Positions 1 to 7,278 of a stretch of DNA of 25,637 bases are shown in pieces. The stretch is from Acidimicrobiia bacterium. GTDB taxonomy: Bacteria > Actinomycetota > Acidimicrobiia > Acidimicrobiales > Ilumatobacteraceae. Position numbers and translations under genes: made by a program. The notes beneath the pieces are model-generated. The model saw only the letters and a list, made by a program, of their open reading frames with translations. It made no database searches and was not told the DNA's origin. Numbering within the stretch: the stretch's first letter is position 1; each line of letters begins with the position of its first letter. Location: positions 1 through 25,637 of the forward strand of contig JACDGA010000001.1 in assembly GCA_013815505.1 (NCBI GenBank), read 5' to 3'.

Positions 1-42
1 AGTCAGCGCAACTGCTGCGATCGCCTTTTTGATACCAAGCAT
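1..42 (-). CDS. 5' part of a probable secreted protein (runs off the window), MLGIKKAIAAVALT...
   Basis: ATG at 42-40 with AGGAG (52-48) 5 nt upstream; KK followed by a hydrophobic Ala-rich run resembles a Sec signal peptide. Only 14 codons are visible. Confidence 0.65.
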   Translation of the reverse strand, partial: MLGIKKAIAAVALT

Positions 43-234
43 CCAAACTCCTGTCGTTGGCGCCCCCGGTCACTGTCGCGCCGATCGTTCACCTCGCCAA
101 GTACTTTTTCCACGCGCTCGATCTGTTGAAACCGCGTTCAGGCAACGGTCACGAACACAGCGCGCTGCGGAGGGGCGTCAAGGGTGATGGTGCTGGTGCG
201 GGACCGTCCAAGGGGGGACGAAGGACGTCAGCAG

Positions 235-307
235 TGGTCGAGACCGGCGTCGATCCGGTGACCTTCCGCTTTTCAGGCGGACGCTCTGCCGACTGAGCTA
301 CTCGACC
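235..307 (-). tRNA. tRNA-Phe(GAA)
   Basis: Reverse complement GGTCGAG-TAGCTCAGTCGGCAGAGC-GTCCGCCTGAAAAGCGGAAGGTC-ACCGGATCGACGCCGGT-CTCGACC-A. Acceptor stem GGTCGAG/CTCGACC, anticodon loop CTGAAAA, CCA not encoded. Confidence 0.93.
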
Positions 308-327
308 GTGAGAGAGATGGGGGGTGT

Positions 328-405
328 TGGCGGTCCCGACGGGATTTGAACCCGCGACCTCCGGCTTGACAGGCCGGCGTGAACTCCAGACTTCACCACG
401 GGACC
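328..405 (-). tRNA. tRNA-Asp(GTC)
   Basis: Acceptor stem GGTCCCG/CGGGACC, anticodon loop CTGTCAA, T-loop GGTTCAAATCC, encoded CCA. Confidence 0.96.
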
Positions 406-423
406 TTGATCGATCGCAATCAA

Positions 424-499
424 TGGCACCCCCAACGGGATTCGAACCCGTGCCGCCACCTTGAAAGGGTGGTGTCCTAGGCCGCTAGACGATGGGGGC
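424..499 (-). tRNA. tRNA-Glu(TTC)
   Basis: Acceptor stem GCCCCCA/TGGGGGT, anticodon loop CTTTCAA, T-loop GGTTCGAATCC, encoded CCA. Glu-Asp-Phe order is a familiar actinobacterial tRNA cluster. Confidence 0.96.
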
Positions 500-537
500 C
501 TGCGGAGCCGGGTCCGCTTCTCGCTGAGAGCGAGATG

Positions 538-546
538 ACGTTAGCA
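538..546 (-). promoter_or_regulatory. Extended -10 promoter (TGC-TAACGT) for the tRNA cluster
   Basis: TGnTANNNT match on the minus strand about 40 nt upstream of tRNA-Glu. Confidence 0.55.
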
Positions 547-594
547 GCATCGCCGTCGGACTCCACTGGGCCGATCAGCCGCCCTGCGGGCGCC

Positions 595-1083
595 TCACAA
601 TGACCGGACGGTCCACTCCAGCAGCCACGACAGCCAGGTGTAGAGCTGATACTCGGGCCGGTCGTCGAGGCGCTCCTCCTCGGCATCCTCGTCGTCCTCG
701 TCCGTGATCTCGAGCATCGTCCCGAGCACGAGGCGGATCGTGTTGATCGAGCGCATGAACGCATTCGCGCCCGACTCGTCGAGCAGCGCTGTGCTGCGTG
801 ACAGCGACGCCCTGACCGTGTCGATCGCGCCGAGGCGACTCGCCAGCAACTCGTCCGACATCAGCCGGGCGTACTCCGCCGAGCGCTCGGGGTCCGAGTA
901 GGCGTCGGGGTTGAGCCGCCCCGCCAGTTCGGGCGACAGCACCGCCCTGCCGTCGGCGCCGTCGGCTGTCGCGGCCAGCATCTCGGCGAGCTCGCCGAGC
1001 AGTCGCTCGAGGAGGGAGCGTTCGTCGGCAGGGAGGTCGATCTCGATGCCGCCCTCCACCCGACGCACCGGTGGCTCGAACAT
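595..1083 (-). CDS. DUF2017-like protein (usual clpS partner)
   Basis: MFEPPVRRVEGGIEIDLPADERSLL..., RLNPDAY.D, 'AFMRSINTIRLVLGT.L', C-terminal YQLYTWLSWLLE. Lies immediately downstream of clpS, as in other actinobacteria. Start could be GTG 1101. Confidence 0.75.
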   Translation of the reverse strand: MFEPPVRRVEGGIEIDLPADERSLLERLLGELAEMLAATADGADGRAVLSPELAGRLNPDAYSDPERSAEYARLMSDELLASRLGAIDTVRASLSRSTALLDESGANAFMRSINTIRLVLGTMLEITDEDDEDAEEERLDDRPEYQLYTWLSWLLEWTVRSL

Positions 1084-1120
1084 CGAGCTCGCGCCGTTCA
1101 CGCCGAGCCTCTCGTCGGGT

Positions 1121-1411
1121 TCATCGGTCGTGTTCCATGCTGGCCCACAGGCCGTGCTCGTGGAGCCGGAACACGTGCAGCTCCGCCTGCTCGCGGGCAC
1201 CGGACGAGACGACGGCCTTGCCCTTGTGGTGGACGTCGAGCATCAGCGCCGTCGCCTTCTCGAGGTCGTAGCCGAAGAGCTTCTGGAGCACGTGGGTGAC
1301 GTAGCTCATGAGGTTGATCGGGTCGTTCCACACGATCACGACCCACGGATGGTCCTCGGCCGTCTCGTCGTCGACGTTCGATTCGATCACGGGGGTGGTC
1401 GACGTCGACAT
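1121..1411 (-). CDS. clpS: ATP-dependent Clp protease adaptor ClpS
   Basis: [25 protein letters not shown]...[13 protein letters not shown], the actinobacterial ClpS signature. Confidence 0.95.
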   Translation of the reverse strand: MSTSTTPVIESNVDDETAEDHPWVVIVWNDPINLMSYVTHVLQKLFGYDLEKATALMLDVHHKGKAVVSSGAREQAELHVFRLHEHGLWASMEHDR

Positions 1412-1579
1412 CGCTCAACAGTCTGCCGTGATCCTGCGGGCTCGTCGTCCGCTTCGCTTTCTCCTCACGCCGCGTGCGACTCGTCGCTGGCGCTTCCCTC
1501 GTCGCATCCCCGCTGGCTCGGCGCGTTCCCGGTCGGGTGAGGTTGGGTGCAGCGAAATCGGCCGCCGTACGATGGAGGC

Positions 1580-2572
1580 GTGTCCGTCGGCAGCCGCCCG
1601 CTCGTCCCGTCGCGGCTCGCACCGCATGGAACGGCGCGCCCACCGCTCGTCCCCCACGACGCGGGCGACGTCGTCGGCCCTCCGCACGGCCACGCACCAG
1701 CGTCCACTGTCGCCGCCTACATCGCGCTGACGAAGCCGCGCATCATCGAGCTGCTGCTCATCACGACGGTGCCGACGATGATCCTTGCCCGGCAGGGCTG
1801 GCCGTCCACCGCGCTCGTGGTGGTCACAGTCATCGGCGGCACCCTCGCCGCGGGTGGCGCCAACGCCATCAACATGGTCGTCGACCGCGACATCGACCGG
1901 CTGATGCAGCGCACGCAAGGTCGCCCACTCGTCACCGGCGCCATGACGCCCACGTCGGCGCTCGCGTTCGCGCTCGCGCTCGAAGCCGCAGCGTTCGCCG
2001 TGCTGTGGTGGGGCGCCAACCTGCTCTCCGCCGTGTTGGCCCTGGCTGCAACGGCCTTCTACGTCGGCGTCTACACGCTCTGGTTGAAGCGCACCAGTCG
2101 CCAGAACATCGTCATCGGTGGGGCGGCCGGTGCGGTACCGGTGCTCGTCGGCTGGGCGGCCGTGCGCGACTCGCTCGGCTGGGAGCCGATCGTGTTGTTC
2201 GCCGTCATGTTCCTGTGGACGCCGCCGCACTTCTGGGCGCTGGCGATCAAGTACCGCGACGACTATCGCGCCGCCGGAGTGCCGATGTTGCCGAGCGTGG
2301 TGCCGCTGCGCGAGGCGGCACAACAGATGATGGCCTACACCGTGCTGCTCGTCGCCAGCACGTTGGTGCTCGCTCCCGTGGCCTCGCTGTCGTGGATCTA
2401 CACGGTCGCTGCGGCCCTGCTCGGCGCCGTCTTCGTGTCGCTCAATGTGGTACTCGTCCGCCGCCCCACACCGGCGATGAGCATGCGGGTCTTCACCTAC
2501 AGCATCACCTATGTGACCCTTCTCTTTGGGGCGATCGTGGTCGACGTGTTCGTCCGCCACGGCGTCTCGTGA
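1580..2572 (+). CDS. ctaB: Heme o synthase (protoheme IX farnesyltransferase)
   Basis: LTKPRII, NMVVDRDIDRLMQRTQGRPL, YTLWLKR, NIVIGGAAGA, FLWTPPHFWAL. Start chosen at GTG 1580, 6 nt after a TACGAT -10. Confidence 0.95.
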   Translation: MSVGSRPLVPSRLAPHGTARPPLVPHDAGDVVGPPHGHAPASTVAAYIALTKPRIIELLLITTVPTMILARQGWPSTALVVVTVIGGTLAAGGANAINMVVDRDIDRLMQRTQGRPLVTGAMTPTSALAFALALEAAAFAVLWWGANLLSAVLALAATAFYVGVYTLWLKRTSRQNIVIGGAAGAVPVLVGWAAVRDSLGWEPIVLFAVMFLWTPPHFWALAIKYRDDYRAAGVPMLPSVVPLREAAQQMMAYTVLLVASTLVLAPVASLSWIYTVAAALLGAVFVSLNVVLVRRPTPAMSMRVFTYSITYVTLLFGAIVVDVFVRHGVS

Positions 2573-2659
2573 TTCCGATCCGTTGCCTGCTGGCAGGTAG
2601 TGTCGGCGCCGTTACCGACGCCCTGCTCCGCCGTTCCGATCTTCGATGAGACCATCTGA

Positions 2660-4321
2660 ATGACCACCCTTGACACCAGCGCCGCCGCGACGACCAACGA
2701 CGGTCGCGCGCTCGTCGCTGACGACACGATCGGTGTGTTCGACTCGATGTCGGGCTGGCTGACCACCACCGATCACAAGCGCATCGGACGGCTCTTCGTC
2801 GTGTCCTCGCTCGTCGTGGGCGTCGCTGTGGCGCTGGTCGCCGTCGTGCTGGGCATCGAGCGGGTTGCCGACGGCGAGGTCTTCGATGCATCCGCCGTGC
2901 CGCAGCTGTTCGCTGCGTTCCGCTTCGGACTCGTGTACTCCCTCGCACTGCCGCTGATGGTGGGCCTCGCCATCGCCGTCGTGCCGCTGCAGGTCGGCGC
3001 GCGAGCGCTGGCGTTCCCGAGGCTGGCACTCACCGGCTTCTGGTTCTGGGCGAGCGGCCTCGTGTTCGTCGCCATCGCTCTCGCCAACAACGGCGGGCCG
3101 GCGGGGGGCGACCCCGACATGGTCGACCTCTTCCTCGCCGCCTACGCGCTGCAGCTGATCGGGCTGCTCGCAGCGGGCGTGTCCGTCGCCACCACCGTGC
3201 TGACGGCGAGAGTCCCCGGCATGACGCTGCGCCGGATCCCGCTGTTCTCCTGGTCGGCGCTCGTGCAGGCCATCGCGATCACGCTCACGCTGCCCCTGCA
3301 GATCGGGCTCGTCGTCTACCTGTTCGTCGACCACCGCAACGGCCGTCTCGCCTTCGGTGGCAACACCGGCATCGGGCAGTGGCTCGGGTACGGGGTCACC
3401 CAGCCGATGACATACGTCGCCGCGACCACCGTGTTCGGCCTCGCGCTCGAACTGGTCGCCGTCACGTTCGGTCGACGGTTGCAGCTCCGCAGCGTGCTCT
3501 ACGCCGGCGTCGGACTCGTCGGCGTGGGTGCCCTCGGTGCCGTCACGCAGCAGACCCGCAACTTCGAGGTCCTGTGGCGCACGGCCGGCGCGCCCGACGA
3601 CGCCGCCGAGACGCTCGGCGACATCGTCACGCTCGGGCTGTTCCTCGGGTTGCCGCTGCTCGGCGCCCTCACCGTGCTCGGCGCCGGCGGGTTGACCGCT
3701 GCGGCCGCCCCGAAGGTGCGCCCCCGGATCTCCGGTCCGTTCGTCATGTCGTTCCTCGGTGCCGGCATGGTCGTCACCGGCATGGTCGGCGGGCTCGTGT
3801 ACCCCATCGGGATCTTCGGACTCAGCGGCACCGTCTTCGAGGAGGCATGCCTCGTCTACGTCGTCTACGGCACAGTGCTCGCCGGCATGGGCGCCGTCGC
3901 CTACTGGGCGCCGAAGTGGTGGGGCCGCCTGATCCCCGACAAGCAGGTGCTCGGCCTCGGCGCGCTGGGCATGATCGCCACCGTGCTCGCCTCGCTGCCC
4001 TACGTCGTCGCAGGGTTCGCCGACCAACCGGCCGGGGCCGTCGACTTCGACTACGAGGGGCCGAAGGTGCTGTGGAACCTCGCCGTCACCGCGGGACACG
4101 CGCTGATGGCCGTCGTCGTGCTCGCCTTCGTCGGACTCGTGGCGAAGACAGCCACCGGTCGCGGTGGCGACGACGCGCACGACGACCCGTGGGGTGGTCA
4201 GACGCTCGAGTGGGCCACCGCGTCCCCGGCGCCGCGTGACAACTTCGCCGAGGTCGGCTCGGTGATGTCGCCCGAGCCGCTGCTCGACTCGACGGCCGAG
4301 CCGGACGAGGAAGGTCGTTGA
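2660..4321 (+). CDS. Cytochrome c oxidase subunit I-like protein lacking metal ligands (pseudo-CoxI)
   Basis: Keeps fold motifs TTDHKRIG, PLQVGARALAFPR, PGMTLRRIPLFSW, YWAPKWWGR, DPWGGQTLEW..SP.P..NF. Positions of the six His ligands read F, Q, A, V, C, V by manual alignment to CtaD at 7279. Confidence 0.85.
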   Translation: MTTLDTSAAATTNDGRALVADDTIGVFDSMSGWLTTTDHKRIGRLFVVSSLVVGVAVALVAVVLGIERVADGEVFDASAVPQLFAAFRFGLVYSLALPLMVGLAIAVVPLQVGARALAFPRLALTGFWFWASGLVFVAIALANNGGPAGGDPDMVDLFLAAYALQLIGLLAAGVSVATTVLTARVPGMTLRRIPLFSWSALVQAIAITLTLPLQIGLVVYLFVDHRNGRLAFGGNTGIGQWLGYGVTQPMTYVAATTVFGLALELVAVTFGRRLQLRSVLYAGVGLVGVGALGAVTQQTRNFEVLWRTAGAPDDAAETLGDIVTLGLFLGLPLLGALTVLGAGGLTAAAAPKVRPRISGPFVMSFLGAGMVVTGMVGGLVYPIGIFGLSGTVFEEACLVYVVYGTVLAGMGAVAYWAPKWWGRLIPDKQVLGLGALGMIATVLASLPYVVAGFADQPAGAVDFDYEGPKVLWNLAVTAGHALMAVVVLAFVGLVAKTATGRGGDDAHDDPWGGQTLEWATASPAPRDNFAEVGSVMSPEPLLDSTAEPDEEGR

Positions 4322-4896
4322 TGCAGGCCCTCGCAGCCGCCCCTGCCCCTGCGCCGCGCCGCCAGGTGCTCGTCGGCACCGCGTTCGCGTGCGTTGCCGG
4401 CACGATGCTCGTCGGCGGGATGCTGGCCGTCTGGCTCGTGATCCGTGACCGTGCCATCGCCGCAGAGGGGACGTGGGTGCCTCCCGACGTGGCGATCCCC
4501 GAAGTGCCGTCCAACATCATGCTGATCAGCTTCCTCGCGCTCGTCGTCTTTGCGCAGTGGGCGGTCTACGCCGCGCGCCGGGGCGAGCGGTCGAGCGCAG
4601 CGCTCGCACTCGGCGCCACGGGCCTCGTCGCGATCGCCGTCGTCAACGCCCAGGCGTTCGTCTACTCACAGATGGAGCTGCCGATCGCAGACACGGCCTA
4701 CGGGCCGATGTTCTACGCCGTCACCGGGGTCTTCCTGGTGCTGATGGTGGTCGGGCTGGCGTTCACCGTCGTGACGGCGTTCCGCGTGCTCGGTGGCCGC
4801 AGCGACGGCGACGTCGTCGCCGCCCACGCCCTGTACTGGTACTTCGTGGCGGCGGCGTTCGCTGCGATCTGGCTGATCGTGTACGTGACGAAGTGA
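4321..4896 (+). CDS. Cytochrome c oxidase subunit III-like protein, degenerate
   Basis: About five hydrophobic helices; MFYAVTG (cf. FYALTGFHG) and LYWYFV...IW (cf. LYWHFVD.VW). ATG overlaps the upstream stop (TGATG). Confidence 0.8.
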   Translation: MQALAAAPAPAPRRQVLVGTAFACVAGTMLVGGMLAVWLVIRDRAIAAEGTWVPPDVAIPEVPSNIMLISFLALVVFAQWAVYAARRGERSSAALALGATGLVAIAVVNAQAFVYSQMELPIADTAYGPMFYAVTGVFLVLMVVGLAFTVVTAFRVLGGRSDGDVVAAHALYWYFVAAAFAAIWLIVYVTK

Positions 4897-4912
4897 TCGG
4901 GAGCGCCTGACG

Positions 4913-6064
4913 ATGCTCACCAACGGGTCCAAGCTGCTCCTCGCCGGCACCACGCTGGCTGCGGTCGCAGCGATCGTCTACGGCGTCACGCAGGACGGCA
5001 CGCTCGGCGTCGTCGGCCTGCTGTCGGCCGCCATTGCCCTCGGTTTGCTCGCCGGCATCGTCATCGCCACCCGCGATGGCAACGTGTCGGCGATGGACGA
5101 GGCGGCGGCACAGACCGCTGTGGCAACCCACGTCGCGCCCGAGGGCAACATCTGGCCGCTCATCGTCGCCGGTGGTGCCGCACTCGTCGTGCTCGGGCTC
5201 GTGACGCAGTCGGCGTTCGTGATGCTCGGCATCGGGCTGCTGCTCATCGCGGGACTGCAGTGGATGGTCGACGCGTGGAGCCAGAGCGCATCTGCTGACG
5301 GCACGTTCAACCGCGACGCGAGGGCCCGCTTCGCCGGTCCGCTCGAGTTCCCGCTGCTCGCCACGGCGGTGGGGGGCGTGGTCGTCTTCTCGTTCAGCCG
5401 GATCATGCTGTTCCTGTCGAAGACGGCGGGTCCGGTGGGGTTCGTCGTCGCCGCACTGCTGATCCTCGCCGGCGGCTTCCTGTTCGCCTCGCAGCGGTCG
5501 ATGCGGTCCACCGCCGTTGCGGGCCTCACCGCGTTCGCTGCACTCGGCCTCGTCGCCGGCGGCGTGGCGGCCGGTCTCGACGGCGAGCGGTTCATCGAGG
5601 AGCACGAGACGACGGGCTTGCTCGGCGAGGAATCCGAGTGCGACACGACGGACGAGACCCACGCGGACGAGAACGCCTCACAGACGGTCGGCAACAAGGC
5701 CGCCATCATGGCCGACATCACCCTCGACGCCGAGGGTGAGCTGACGTCGAAGGCGCCCGGCCAGCAGGCCAGCCAGCGCATCGTGGTCGGGCGAGGCAAC
5801 CCGAGCAACATCATCTTCCACAACGAGAGCGACGAGCCGCGCCGGATCACGTTGACCACGGGGCAGCGGCCGCTGCTCGACGAGGAGGGTGAGGAGATCG
5901 AGGGTCAGACGACGCCCGATCAGCGCTGCACCGCACTCGCCGAGGAGGGCGGTTCGCAACTCCTCACGTTCAGAATCGACAAGCGCTCCGCCGTCGCCGA
6001 CGAGGCCTTCGAGTTGACGGTCCCAGGCGTCGAGGGACAGGCCATCGAAGTGGTGGTGCCGTGA
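4913..6064 (+). CDS. Membrane protein: CtaF-like N-terminus, extra TM helices and a C-terminal beta-rich, cupredoxin-like soluble domain
   Basis: N-terminal pattern P..NIWPLIVA...W resembles actinobacterial subunit IV (CtaF). About 7 TM segments, then an acidic beta-rich domain (NIIFHNESDEPRRITL...GGSQLLTFRI...FELTVPG) without a Cys/His/Met copper set. Domain calls are by eye. Confidence 0.55.
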   Translation: MLTNGSKLLLAGTTLAAVAAIVYGVTQDGTLGVVGLLSAAIALGLLAGIVIATRDGNVSAMDEAAAQTAVATHVAPEGNIWPLIVAGGAALVVLGLVTQSAFVMLGIGLLLIAGLQWMVDAWSQSASADGTFNRDARARFAGPLEFPLLATAVGGVVVFSFSRIMLFLSKTAGPVGFVVAALLILAGGFLFASQRSMRSTAVAGLTAFAALGLVAGGVAAGLDGERFIEEHETTGLLGEESECDTTDETHADENASQTVGNKAAIMADITLDAEGELTSKAPGQQASQRIVVGRGNPSNIIFHNESDEPRRITLTTGQRPLLDEEGEEIEGQTTPDQRCTALAEEGGSQLLTFRIDKRSAVADEAFELTVPGVEGQAIEVVVP

Positions 6065-7272
6065 CGGCTCCCGCTACCGTGATCCGCGTGCCCTCCCACC
6101 GAAGGTTGATGCTCGCCGTCGGTGCAATCGCAGCGGTCACGCTCACTGCCTGCGCCGAAGATGCGCCCCAGGACACGTGGCAGCCCGAAGGCGAGAACTC
6201 CACCCGCATCCACAACCTGCAGTGGCCCGTGTTCGCCATCGCCGGCGTCGTCGGACTGCTCGTCTTCCTCGCCATCGTGTGGGTCGTCATCCGCTATCGC
6301 GACCGCGGGCAGCCCATCCCGAAGCAGTCGCACGGCAAGCCGGCGCTCGAGATCGCGCTCACGATCCTGCCCGCACTGATCCTCGTGGGGGTCGCCGTGC
6401 CGACCGTCGGCACGCTGATGGCATTGGCCGAGACCGACGACACCGAGTGCTCGGTCAACGTCTATGGGCAGCAGTGGTGGTGGGAGGTCGAATATCCCGA
6501 GCAGAAGGGCTGTGGCGGCATCGATCGCGAGTTCGTCACGAGCGGCCAGATGGTGATCCCCACCGGCACGAAGGTGCTGGTCAGCGGTACGAGCCGTGAC
6601 GTCATCCACAGCTGGTGGATCCCGGCGTTGAACGGCAAGAAGGACATGGTCCCCGGTCGCGTGCACACCGTGCGAACCCAGGCCGACGAGCCAGGGATCT
6701 ACGCCGGCCAGTGCACGGAGTTCTGCGGTCTGTCGCACGCCAACATGCGCATGGAGGTGGTCGCCCTCGACCCCGGCGACTTCGAGACGTGGAAGGCCAA
6801 CCAACTGAAGCCGTATGCCGCGCCCGAGGAGGGCTCGATCGCCGCTGAGGGCGAGTCGGCGTTCATCTCGCAATGCGCCCGCTGCCACGTCGTCGACGGC
6901 CTCGACGACGGCGGCGTCAACGCGCCCGAGCAGTTCGTCTACTCGCGCACGGCGCCCAACCTCACGAACCTGATGACGCGCAACACGTTTGCCGGCGCGA
7001 CGTTCGACCTGCTCACCGACGAGTGCCGCGAACGCGTGTGGGAGGCGACGCCGGAGGAGTTCGGCGAGCGCTACCTCGAGGGCGTCACGCCGGAGTGCCT
7101 CAACGAGGTCGACCTCAGGGCGTGGATCAAGAACGCTCCGGCGATGAAGCCGATGTACACCGACGGCACGAAGCTCGGCCCGACTGACGGCAGGTCACGC
7201 GGCATGCCCGCCCTCGGGCTCAACGACGACCAGGCCGATCAGCTCGTCGCCTACCTCTTGGAACGGAACTAG
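6061..7272 (+). CDS. ctaC: Cytochrome c oxidase subunit II with fused cytochrome c (caa3 type), lipoprotein
   Basis: Lipobox LTAC, GQQWWWEVEY, CuA ligands DVIHSWW and CTEFCGLSHANM, heme c motif CARCH. GTG overlaps the upstream TGA. Confidence 0.95.
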   Translation: MTAPATVIRVPSHRRLMLAVGAIAAVTLTACAEDAPQDTWQPEGENSTRIHNLQWPVFAIAGVVGLLVFLAIVWVVIRYRDRGQPIPKQSHGKPALEIALTILPALILVGVAVPTVGTLMALAETDDTECSVNVYGQQWWWEVEYPEQKGCGGIDREFVTSGQMVIPTGTKVLVSGTSRDVIHSWWIPALNGKKDMVPGRVHTVRTQADEPGIYAGQCTEFCGLSHANMRMEVVALDPGDFETWKANQLKPYAAPEEGSIAAEGESAFISQCARCHVVDGLDDGGVNAPEQFVYSRTAPNLTNLMTRNTFAGATFDLLTDECRERVWEATPEEFGERYLEGVTPECLNEVDLRAWIKNAPAMKPMYTDGTKLGPTDGRSRGMPALGLNDDQADQLVAYLLERN

Positions 7273-7278
7273 CCCACG

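Noticed and set aside
126-141. LexA SOS box (TTGAAA-CCGC-GTTCAG)
   Set aside because: Core matches 7 of 8 positions of GAAC-N4-GTTC but both flanks deviate from TCGAAC-N4-GTTCGA, and there is no SOS-type gene context.
57-296. 79-aa plus-strand ORF and 477-764 minus-strand ORF
   Set aside because: They overlap tRNA genes or the DUF2017-like gene, have no recognisable features and no RBS.
2660-4321. Calling the degenerate subunit I a decayed pseudogene or a cbb3/NO-reductase subunit
   Set aside because: The ORF is full length and coupled to the next gene. cbb3 and NorB subunits keep the His ligands, and the retained motifs are A-family-like.
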